Shown: positions 1 through 8,393 of the stretch, in pieces
How positions within the stretch are numbered: the stretch's first letter is position 1
How the letters are laid out: the number at the start of each line of letters is the position of its first letter
Source: Octopus sinensis
Taxonomy: Eukaryota
DNA: 14,767 bases
Direction: 5' to 3'
Assembly (NCBI RefSeq): GCF_006345805.1
Contig: NW_021825713.1
Span: forward strand, 1-14,767
Position numbers and translations under genes: made by a program
The notes under the pieces: model-generated
Database searches by the model: none
What the model saw: the letters and a program-made list of their open reading frames with translations, nothing else
What the model was told of the DNA's origin: nothing

Positions 1-48
1 TCTGTTTGTTTTGTACACCACCTGTCTTCGACTTTTGTTTTTTCGTAA

Positions 49-73
49 CTCTCTCTCTCTCTCTCTCTCTCTT

Positions 74-135
<62 letters not shown>
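49..135. repeat. (CT)n + (TA)n microsatellite
   Basis: Direct reading. Confidence 0.95.
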
Positions 136-139
<4 letters not shown>

Positions 140-228
140 AAGCAGTTGAAATAAACGAATGAAAATGGACAACATGAGGACGTGCTAAAGTATCTGCTAG
201 CTTGGTGTTCGGTGAAAGGAGTGATTTT

Positions 229-255
229 GACGTTTCGTGCATAGCTCTTCGTCGA
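229..255 (-). other. Degenerate minimal hammerhead-ribozyme-like motif
   Basis: Minus strand TCGACGA-A-GAGC-TAT-GCAC-GAAAC-GTC resembles CTGANGA-stem II-GAAAC-NUH of Penelope-type minimal hammerheads, with core and stem II substitutions. Confidence 0.4.
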
Positions 256-304
256 AAAGGAGAAAGGGGAAATCCAAGGAAGGAAATGAAATTGACTAGG
301 GCAC

Positions 305-325
305 GTGTGTGATTGTGTGTGTGTG

Positions 326-358
<33 letters not shown>

Positions 359-520
359 CTTGCGTGCGTGCGTATGGGTGTTTGTATGTATGTATTGGGA
401 TCGTTTATCGTTATCATATAAGCGTGGAATGATGGTGATGATGATAATGAGGATAATGATTATGATGATGTTGATGATGATGATGACGACGACGACGACT
501 GCGACGGCGACGATGATGAG
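305..520. repeat. (GT)n and degenerate (GAT/GAC)n
   Basis: Direct reading. Confidence 0.9.
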
Positions 521-733
521 AACGAAGCGGAAGAGGAGAAGAAGTGTTACGACGCAATGGTAACTGTGGGAGAAATTTGACAAACGATTATTATGACTCT
601 GGTTATAAGGATGAGAAAGAAATGACGGAAGATTTAAGCGAGGCTTAGGAGTCAGAACAACAAGAGAAGACGCCTGAGAGAGTAGCGTGTCGGTTCTTCG
701 TCGTCTAAGAATAATCAGTATGGCTCTTTACAG

Positions 734-875
734 GGAACTTGCTTAGCGTTCTTCCACTGTGAGCACCAAAAGATGCCTGCTTTTATTTCCGTTTATAGAA
801 TCGAGGGCATTATATGTGATAACATGCAGCAGAGATGTATAATTGGGATGGCGTTTGGGGAAGACATTTTGGAAA
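734..875 (+). pseudogene. Candidate exon A: GTCLAFFHCEHQKMPAFISVYRIEGIICDNMQQRCIIGMAFGEDILE
   Basis: Acceptor ctctttacag|G at 733/734; stop-free frame up to the GT microsatellite; donor uncertain (gtataa at 837 or gtgtgc at 876, both phase 1). Confidence 0.35.
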
Positions 876-1210
876 GTGTGCGTGTGTGTTTGTGTGTGTG
901 AGTGTGGGAGAGAGAGAGAGAGAGACATCTCTTGCTTTGTTTTGTATGTGTATGTGTGTGACATTGTGTGTTTTTGTGTATGTGTGTGTGTATCACATTT
1001 TGTATTTTTGTGTGTGTGTGTTTGTGTGTAACACCTTGCGTGTGTGTGTGTGTAACACCTTGTGTGTGTGTGTGTGAGAGATATGTGCGAGTGTGTGACA
1101 TGATGTGTTTTTTACGTGTTTGTGTGTGTGGGTGGGGGGATCTTGTGTTTTGTATATGTGTGTATATGACATCTTGTGTTTTGCTACTTTGAGAAGGACA
1201 AACGACACTC

Positions 1211-1248
<38 letters not shown>

Positions 1249-1290
1249 TCATAAACATTTACATATATATATGTGTATATATATATATAT
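876..1290. repeat. Degenerate (GT)n/(GA)n/(CA)n/(TA)n block
   Basis: Direct reading; includes a duplicated gtaacaccttg unit at 1028 and 1052. Confidence 0.9.
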
Positions 1291-1344
1291 GCAGATTGTT
1301 TGATTGGTAATAGATAGACAAATAGTTAGATACATACATGCATA

Positions 1345-1674
1345 ACTGGCACTCCGTCGGTTACGACGAGCGGGGTTCCAGTTGATCCGATCAATGGAAT
1401 GGCTTGCTCGTGAAATTAACGTGCAAGTGGCTGAGTACTCCACAGACACGACACGCGAACCATTAACGTAGTTCTCAGGGACAATCAGCATAACACAAAA
1501 TGTGACAAAGCTGATCCCTTTGAATTACAAGTACAACACATTTTTGGCAGCTGAGTGGACTGGAGCAAGGCGAAATAAAATGTCTTGCTCAAGGGCACAA
1601 CACGATGCTGGGGATTGAACTCACAACCTTATGATCGTGGGCCGAATGCCCTAACCTCTAAACCACGCGCCTCC
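1345..1674 (-). mobile_element. tRNA-derived SINE with CORE-like domain, near full length
   Basis: Reverse complement starts ggaggcgcgTGGTTTAGAGG (A box)...GAGTTCAATCC (B box), then tgtgcccttgagcaagacatt (CORE-like). Homologous copies at 12180-12456 and 14655-14767. Confidence 0.85.
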
Positions 1675-1735
1675 ATATACATATATATATACTCACACAT
1701 ACACGTGTAAACATATATACATGCATATATATTTA

Positions 1736-1768
<33 letters not shown>

Positions 1769-1887
1769 GCATGTAATTCTGTGAGCATATATATGCACAT
1801 ACATATATAAATGTATGTATGTATGTATATATAATATATATATATATATTATATATATATATATATAATATATATATATATTATAAT

Positions 1888-1923
<36 letters not shown>

Positions 1924-1994
1924 CTGTATATTTATACACAATACTTATGCATGTATATATGTATATATATATAATACTTATATGTATATATACA

Positions 1995-2056
<62 letters not shown>

Positions 2057-2070
2057 TGTATATATATATA
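1675..2070. repeat. Long imperfect (TA)n
   Basis: Direct reading. Confidence 0.95.
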
Positions 2071-2084
2071 AATCTAGTGCGTAG

Positions 2085-2273
2085 CAATGGGTGCAGTATG
2101 TAGTACGGCTACGAAATATGAAATTGCTTTTCACTGAAAAGCTAACACTGGCAAACCTCATTGACGGCTTATGAAACATGCACTTTCTTTCTTGATGTCC
2201 TATTGAAGATCTCTGCTTGAAAGAGAATTTCTGAAGAGCATGGAATGTATCTGTTAATGGAGCTCTTGACTTT
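2085..2273 (+). pseudogene. Candidate exon B: QWVQYVVRLRNMKLLFTEKLTLANLIDGL*NMHFLS*CPIEDLCLKENF*RAWNVSVNGALDF
   Basis: LRR-like periodicity (EKLTLAN, CPIEDLCLKEN) in one frame, with TGA at 2172, 2193 and 2232. Splice boundaries are not well defined. Confidence 0.35.
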
Positions 2274-2397
2274 TAAACGTTTATATAAATACTCGCGCGC
2301 GAGTGTCTGTGTGTGTGTGTGTGTGTATTGCTGTACGTGTTTATTTCTGTGTATTAATTTCTGTCATGCTGGTGCATTTTCTCGGCGTAAACTATAG

Positions 2398-2545
2398 AAA
2401 TTGATCGTTGTAAAGGTGAATTTGTGAGAATTCTAACTTTCAAACGTGCAGGACAAACAACACTCAAATCATACACGCAATGAATAGAGGGAAAGTATTT
2501 CAAATGTTTACGTTCTTATTCTGGAAGTTCTACAACAGTTGACTT
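2398..2545 (+). pseudogene. Candidate exon C: IDRCKGEFVRILTFKRAGQTTLKSYTQ*IEGKYFKCLRSYSGSSTTVDL
   Basis: ctatag| acceptor (phase 1), |gttagt donor (phase 2, inside a Leu codon); single TGA at 2481. Confidence 0.5.
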
Positions 2546-2653
2546 GTTAGTACTCTCTTCTTCCCCCCCCCCAGTACTTATTTGCCTTCTTCCATACTTC
2601 ATGTATTTTAGTTGATGGTGGAGGAGGAAGACCATGTTTTTTCTTTTTTTTAG

Positions 2654-2773
2654 GCACGTTTAACATTTTTTCTACAAACTACAAACAAGCCTCTTCCCTT
2701 CACTTTTTTTTAATACAAAAACTAATGTGAATTTGGAACGGCGATTAGCTGTGAAAAGAGCCCTGAAAATTGG
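2654..2773 (+). pseudogene. Candidate exon D: HV*HFFYKLQTSLFPSLFFNTKTNVNLERRLAVKRALKIG
   Basis: Strong poly-T tract + tag| acceptor, |gtaaga donor, 120 nt, phase 2-2; single TAA at 2661. Confidence 0.55.
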
Positions 2774-2846
2774 GTAAGATCCCCTTCAAAATGGGTGGGG
2801 GAGAGAAGATGCCAACAGGTGGCTACACGAAATTCAACTCTATACT

Positions 2847-3169
2847 TTTCTATTATAGCCTCGGGCCGACCAAAGCCTCTTGAGTAATTTTGGTAGACGG
2901 AAACTGAAAGAATATATATATATATATATATGATATTTTTATGTATGTATTTGTGTCTGTGCTTGTCACCCCTACCCCCACAACCATTGTTTGACAACCG
3001 ATGTTGGTGTGTTTGGGTCCCCGTAACTTAACTGTTCGGCAGAAGTGACTGATAGAATAAACACCAGGCTCCCAGGGAATAAGCCCAGGGCTCGATTTCT
3101 TCGACTAAAAGACAGTGCTCCAGCATGGCCACGGTCAAATGACCGAAACAAGTAAAGGAATAAAAGAAT
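2847..3169 (+). mobile_element. SINE with internal TA/GT microsatellite (octopus-type family), head missing
   Basis: gtagacggaaactgaaagaa...gacaaccgatg...ccccgtaactta...gatagaataa...cgactaaa...gtgctccagcatggcc...gtcaaatga..gaaacaagtaaa shared with 3929-4230 and 7699-8061. Confidence 0.85.
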
Positions 3170-3234
3170 GCCAAAAGAACGTTTCGTACCACCAAACCAA
3201 GAAGGTTCTTTCATTATGTACCATATATTTTAAG

Positions 3235-3398
3235 GCTAAATAGTAATTCTGTTTACGTCTGCGTAACTGAGATATTTTGGTTGGAATATATAGTAAACGG
3301 TTTAACACTTCTTTCTATATTCAGTGCCACAATATAGAAACATTTCTCATGGCACCAGCACACTATTCACAGAAGCTTACATTTAAAAAATATTTTCC
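3235..3398 (+). pseudogene. Candidate exon E: LNSNSVYVCVTEIFWLEYIVNGLTLLSIFSATI*KHFSWHQHTIHRSLHLKNIF
   Basis: ttttaag| acceptor (phase 2), |gtgaag donor (phase 1, moderate strength); single TAG at 3335. Confidence 0.45.
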
Positions 3399-3439
3399 GT
3401 GAAGTTTTCATGGTTCCAGCTTAATATATATTATTACTG

Positions 3440-3595
3440 AGTTCTAGGACATTTACCCCCATGGACAATAACCGCTGAGGACAATAGATGATGATTTAAA
3501 ATAGTTAATGTATTAGAGAGGGAGGTAATTGTCCTAGGGGGTATTTGTCATCATGGGCAATTTTGTCCTATTGGGGTGGTAATTATCCCGATACG
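3440..3595. mobile_element. Small element built from inverted subrepeats (GGACAwTwACC.. x3 / GGTAATTGTCC-like x4); non-autonomous DNA element-like
   Basis: ctaggacatttaccccc (3444-3460) vs ggaggtaattgtcctag (3521-3537): 15/17 complementary; further units at 3463, 3479, 3537, 3555, 3573. Confidence 0.55.
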
Positions 3596-3704
3596 ATTAT
3601 TATTACGATATACTATTTTATAGATATTATTGTACTAACAGACTTCCATTGTCGCTTTATCTCCGTGACTTACAAAGCCTTCCGGTTTGTTTATAAGTAT
3701 TACA

Positions 3705-3779
<75 letters not shown>

Positions 3780-3888
3780 TATATTATGAATTTAAAATGA
3801 GGGTGAGAATTAAATATTAATTTAATTAACATCGATTTTCACACCAGTGGTCTAGCATATGTATATAATACAATTTTATTGAACTCTA

Positions 3889-3925
<37 letters not shown>

Positions 3926-3928
3926 TCT

Positions 3929-3987
3929 ATGTGAGTGGATTTAGTAGACGGAAACCGAAAGAAGCCCATCGTGTATATGTATATGTG

Positions 3988-4026
<39 letters not shown>

Positions 4027-4230
4027 TTGTGTCTGTGTTTGACCCCGCCTAACGTCGCTCGACAACCGATGCTGGTGTGTTTACGTCCCCGTAACTTAGC
4101 GTTTCAGCAAAACAGACCGATAGAATGTGTACTGGTCTTAGAAAGAATAAGTCCTGGGGGGCGATTTGCTCGACTAAAGGCGGTGCTCCGGCATGGTCGC
4201 AGTCAAATGACTGAAACAAGTAAAAGAGTA
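3929..4230 (+). mobile_element. Same SINE family as 2847-3169, 5'-truncated
   Basis: Direct collinear similarity to 2880-3165; explains ORFs 3931..4368 and 4049..4288. Confidence 0.85.
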
Positions 4231-4414
4231 TATGTTCGAGAAGGAAGAAGAATGCGAACAACGGCAAGAACAATAACATCTGCAGCAATTACTGGTATTT
4301 TTCTTCATGACGAATTACAAAATACGGTGCACATAAAGCAAGTATTTTTTTTAAAACTATATAAATAAGGAAATAAATAAACATAGCAATTTTTTCGGCA
4401 GTTATTTATTCCAG

Positions 4415-4534
4415 CTTCTATTAAAACTAATTCTTTAAAATATTTTTATTTTGACAATTGTGTGCAATTTTCACACAAAATACTTAAATTCCTTTTACAA
4501 AAGCCCTTTATAACAAGCGAAGAATATAGTGAAG
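4415..4534 (+). pseudogene. Candidate exon F: SIKTNSLKYFYFDNCVQFSHKILKFLLQKPFITSEEYSE
   Basis: ttatttattccag| acceptor, consensus AAG|gtaagt donor, 120 nt, phase 1-1, no stop; LRR_CC-like motif LKYFYFDNCxxFS. Confidence 0.65.
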
Positions 4535-4560
4535 GTAAGTTTTGCCAGCTATATTCTTTT

Positions 4561-4622
4561 TATATAATATAATATAATATAATATAATATAATATAATAT
4601 AAAGTAACATAATATAATATAT
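4561..4622. repeat. (AATAT)n
   Basis: Direct reading. Confidence 0.9.
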
Positions 4623-4889
4623 GAAGAAATGTATTATTTAATAAAATCATTCGTAATAGCCAACTACTCTTTCACAAGACCGCCAACTGCGTCAGAGCGA
4701 AACATCAGGCGTTTTGTCACGATTCATTTTATTAAATAAATAATATTTATTCTCGGCACTTTATACCATCATGCGCTCTTTATTCAAGAACATTTTCTTG
4801 TTAATAATTACCCCTTCGATACATGTGAGTGTGTGTTTGCTTTCTATGTATGTGCGCAAGTATGCATTCATATACGTGTATGAGCATGC

Positions 4890-4937
<48 letters not shown>

Positions 4938-5038
4938 TATATAGTGTGTGTGGTGTGTTGTTTGTGTGTGTGTGCTGTGTGTGTGTGTTTTGTGTGTGCA
5001 TAAATGCGAGCGCAGTGCTTTCTATTTCTGTTTTGCAG

Positions 5039-5294
5039 ATAATTTCAGGTTTCCTTAACCATCGATTATTAACGCGGATCCATCTCCATCGTACATTTTA
5101 GGTGAGCCGTTAAATTACAAACAAAGAGCTTGGAATCTAATTAACTCAAACACGAAACTGCGTTGCATGACGCGTCTGCATAACGTGTGACGTGCACGGC
5201 AGCAATGTATAACGTTCATAACAATGCATGATAATGCAGGATGTGGCATGTCTCTGGCTGTAAAGTACACAGTATACTGAGTAGATGGTCCCAA
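5039..5294 (+). pseudogene. Candidate exon G: DNFRFP*PSIINADPSPSYILGEPLNYKQRAWNLINSNTKLRCMTRLHNV*RARQQCITFITMHDNAGCGMSLAVKYTVY*VDGP
   Basis: Strong tttctgttttgcag| acceptor (phase 1), |gttagt donor at 5295 (phase 2); internal alternative donor AG|gtgagc at 5102; stops at 5056, 5188, 5278. Confidence 0.5.
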
Positions 5295-5332
5295 GTTAGT
5301 CATTAATTCGTGTCTGGTTTTCCTATAGATAG

Positions 5333-5334
<2 letters not shown>

Positions 5335-5377
<43 letters not shown>

Positions 5378-5463
5378 TAATAATAATAATGATAATAATA
5401 ATAATAATAATAATAGTAATAATCTAATAATAATATAATATAATAAATAATAATATAATAATA

Positions 5464-5494
<31 letters not shown>

Positions 5495-5512
5495 AATAAT
5501 AACAATAATACT

Positions 5513-5550
<38 letters not shown>

Positions 5551-5633
5551 AATAATATAATGATAATAATATAATTTAAATAATAGTAATAATAATAGTA
5601 ACAATATAGTAGTAATATAAATAGTAAGTAGTA

Positions 5634-5675
<42 letters not shown>

Positions 5676-6300
5676 TATAATAATAATAATAATGAGAAGA
5701 AGAAGAAGAAAAGAAAGAAGAAGGTGGGGGAGAAAAGGAGTTAAAAGAAAAAGAACGAGAAGAGGAAGATGATGAAGAAGAAGAAGAAGAAGAAGAAGAA
5801 GAAGAAGAAGAAGAAGAGGAAGGAGAAGGAGGAGAAGGAGAAGAAGAAGAAGAAGAAGAAGAAGACTATGAAATATCTATCACTTGATGTGTCCAACATG
5901 AAGATAATAATAATAATTATTATGATAGTCATTGTAATCACACGGTGATGTGAGACAAGGAGAGGAGGGGAGGAATGGTTGATGCTGTTGATGCTGTTCA
6001 TTGTGGTTACAAATGATGATGATCATCATCATCATGATGAAGACAGTAACTACGATGACGATGATGATGATGACGATGACAACGATGACGACGTCGGCGA
6101 TGATGATAATGGTGGTGGTGGTGATGAAAGTAGGGAATACTTTGGTTAACAATTTCGCACCGTAATATGTATGTGTAAATGTGTACGGATGGAGAAATGT
6201 GTACGGATGGATGGATGGATGGATGGATGGGTGGATGGATGGATGGATGGATGGATGGATGGTTGGATGGATGGAGGTAGGTATGTATGCATCCATGCAT
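5335..6300. repeat. Compound array (AAT)n-(GAA)n-(GAT)n-(GGAT)n with short spacers
   Basis: Direct reading. Confidence 0.92.
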
Positions 6301-6490
6301 GAATGCATGTATGTAAGAATGTATACTGTTGAAATATATAAGATTTCCTAAAATTATATATATATATATATATATAATATATATATATTATATATAAACA
6401 CACACATCACCGCACATACAGACATACACACACGCAGACAGAGGCAGAAATAGACACACCAAAATCTACACAAATAAGTACCAATTCCAG

Positions 6491-6591
6491 CGTGGTTCTG
6501 AAACATGTTAAAGAGTTAATAGAGACAGGGTTCCCTGCTGCTTTGATTCACCAAGAAAAACACCAAAGAATTTAGAGCAATATTTTGAGAG
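6491..6591 (+). pseudogene. Candidate exon H: VVLKHVKELIETGFPAALIHQEKHQRI*SNILR
   Basis: attccag| acceptor (phase 2), GAG|gtaatt donor (phase 1); single TAG at 6573. Confidence 0.5.
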
Positions 6592-6824
6592 GTAATTCGT
6601 CGTTAGTTTTAATGCTGAATAAATCTGTTGGTTTTTCTTATAATTAGTAATGATAACAAACGAGTACGTGTATCGGTGGGTGTGTATATATTTCTATGGT
6701 TGTATATGCGACGTGTATGGAGTTATGAGGTAAAGCGTTGTAAGAAGTAGATTGTAGTGATGGTGGTGGTGGTCAGGGGTAAAAACAAACTACATGTGGT
6801 TGTTGCGGTACATCTGCAATTTAG

Positions 6825-6919
6825 TGCACCACCCAGATTTTTCCACTCATAACATCGTAAAAAATGCATATTTTTATTCAAATGTAACTGAGGTGCATTT
6901 ACGAGGGTGTAGATAGCAA
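6825..6919 (+). pseudogene. Candidate exon I: VHHPDFSTHNIVKNAYFYSNVTEVHLRGCR*Q
   Basis: Three possible phase-1 acceptors (starts 6777, 6825, 6837), CAA|gtaagt donor (phase 0); TAG at 6914; LRR-like VTEVHLRGC. Confidence 0.5.
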
Positions 6920-6979
6920 GTAAGTGGATATAATTTACAAATAAGCGAGAAAAAATGCACATTTTCTTCTTATTAGTAG

Positions 6980-7102
6980 TTCAGTAAAAAACGCCTGCAT
7001 TGTATCCATGTGGACTTTAAGTTCAATACCACTGCGCGGCACATTGGAGTAGTGTATTCCACCATAGCCTCGTGTCGACAATTACTTTGTCGATAAAAAT
7101 AG
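6980..7102 (+). pseudogene. Candidate exon J: FSKKRLHCIHVDFKFNTTARHIGVVYSTIASCRQLLCR*K*
   Basis: ttttcttcttattagtag| acceptor (phase 0), AG|gtaata donor; 38 open codons before TAA 7094 and TAG 7100. Confidence 0.45.
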
Positions 7103-7135
7103 GTAATAGTTAAACGTGTGGCTGCATGTCGTTAT

Positions 7136-7346
7136 GGCGCAAACGAGCAGCATCGTTACCACGCGGGGCAAAATGCATACGGGCATTTCGTCTGCTTTTA
7201 CGCTCGGAGTTCAAATTCTGCCGAGTTCAACTTTGGTTTCATCATATGGAGGTCGATAAAATAAGCACCAGCTGAGTACTAGGATCGATGTACTCGACGT
7301 ATTCCCTCTCCCGATATTGCTGGCCCTGTGCCAAAATTTGAAATCA
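7136..7346 (+). mobile_element. tRNA-derived SINE with Meta/MESC-like central domain
   Basis: B box GAGTTCAAATTC followed by gccgag...tttcatc...ggtcgataaaataagcaccag; 3' end tgtgccaaaatttgaaa; several related copies in the window. Confidence 0.8.
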
Positions 7347-7383
7347 TTAATATACATATATTAATATGTATATGTGTATAATG

Positions 7384-7419
<36 letters not shown>

Positions 7420-7554
7420 TACGGAGATGTACTTGCATAGCAAGTGACCTGATCTGAGATCGTGTGCTGGAACAAAAACAATTGCAGTGTGGAAGGTGTT
7501 TATAAGCCATTTAAGAAACACACAAAAACCGTTAGATTCACTTCAACATTTTAA

Positions 7555-7684
7555 TTTTATCGACACCAAAAGGTTAAAAAGCAATTTCGACCTCAGCAGA
7601 ATTTGAACTCAGAACTTAAAGACAGACGTAATGTCGTTAAGCATTTTTTCTCCGGTGTGCTAACGATTCGGCCAGCGCGCCACC
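7555..7684 (-). mobile_element. Meta-like SINE, 5' half
   Basis: Reverse complement matches 7136-7262 (tttatcgac; gaatttgaactc; taacgat). Confidence 0.8.
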
Positions 7685-7698
7685 GAAAAAGAAATATA

Positions 7699-8061
7699 TT
7701 CTTTTATTCTTGTATCCTTTTACTTGATGCAGTCACTTAACTGCGGCCATGCGGCAGCACTGCCTTTAGTCGAACAAATCGACTCCAGGACTTATTCTTT
7801 TTAATAAGTCCTGTACTTATTCTATCGGTCTCTGTGCCGAACCGCTAAGTTACGGGGAAGCAAACACAACAGCATCGGTTGTCCAGTGATGGTGAAAGGA
7901 CAAGCACACACACAAACACACACACACACAGACACACACACGCACACACACACACACACACAGACACACACACACACTTGCCCAAGGTGTCACGCAGTGG
8001 GACTGAACCCGGAACCATGTGGCTGGTAAGCAAGCTACTTACTATTCAGCCACTCCTGCAC
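7699..8061 (-). mobile_element. Same SINE family with tRNA-like head, internally deleted
   Basis: Head (reverse complement) gcaggagtggctgaatagtaagtagc...GGGTTCAGTCCcactgcgtgacaccttgggcaagtgt joined directly to (GT)n; body matches 4020-4230. Confidence 0.85.
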
Positions 8062-8074
8062 GTATAGTGTAGAA

Positions 8075-8237
8075 TATTCTTTTCTACTCTCGGCACAAGT
8101 CTCTAAATTTTTTTTGGGGGGGGGCAGTCAATTAGATCGACCCCAGTACGCAACAGGCACTTAATTTATCGACCTCAAAAAGGGGAAATACAAAGTCAAC
8201 CTCGGTGGCATTTGAACTCAGAACGTAAAGAAAATAG
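8075..8237 (-). mobile_element. Meta-like SINE, 5'-truncated, with 9-bp TSD
   Basis: atcgaccccagtac...tttatcgacc...atttgaactcagaacgtaaag; flanked by agtgtagaa at 8066-8074 and 8238-8246. Confidence 0.8.
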
Positions 8238-8341
8238 AGTGTAGAAGATTTCTATAAGAAAAACTCTTGGAAGTAAAATGTCAAAAGTTACCCCAAAAGT
8301 TACTCGAACACAGAATCACTGGGAACAAGACTGACATCCCA

Positions 8342-8393
<52 letters not shown>

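Noticed and set aside
430-700. Acidic D/E-rich reading frame
   Set aside because: Degenerate GAT/GAC/GAA trinucleotide repeat with stops and no coherent splice sites.
1560-1674. tRNA genes at A/B-box motifs here and at 7136-7220, 7985-8061, 11930-12012
   Set aside because: They continue into SINE bodies and lack a convincing cloverleaf.
2172-2483. Selenoprotein explanation for four clustered in-frame TGA codons
   Set aside because: TAA and TAG stops are as frequent elsewhere in the chain, contexts fit CGA decay, and no SECIS was recognised.
2972-4368. Similar ORFs 2972..3214, 4049..4288 and 3931..4368 as paralogous genes
   Set aside because: The similarity comes from two copies of the same SINE.
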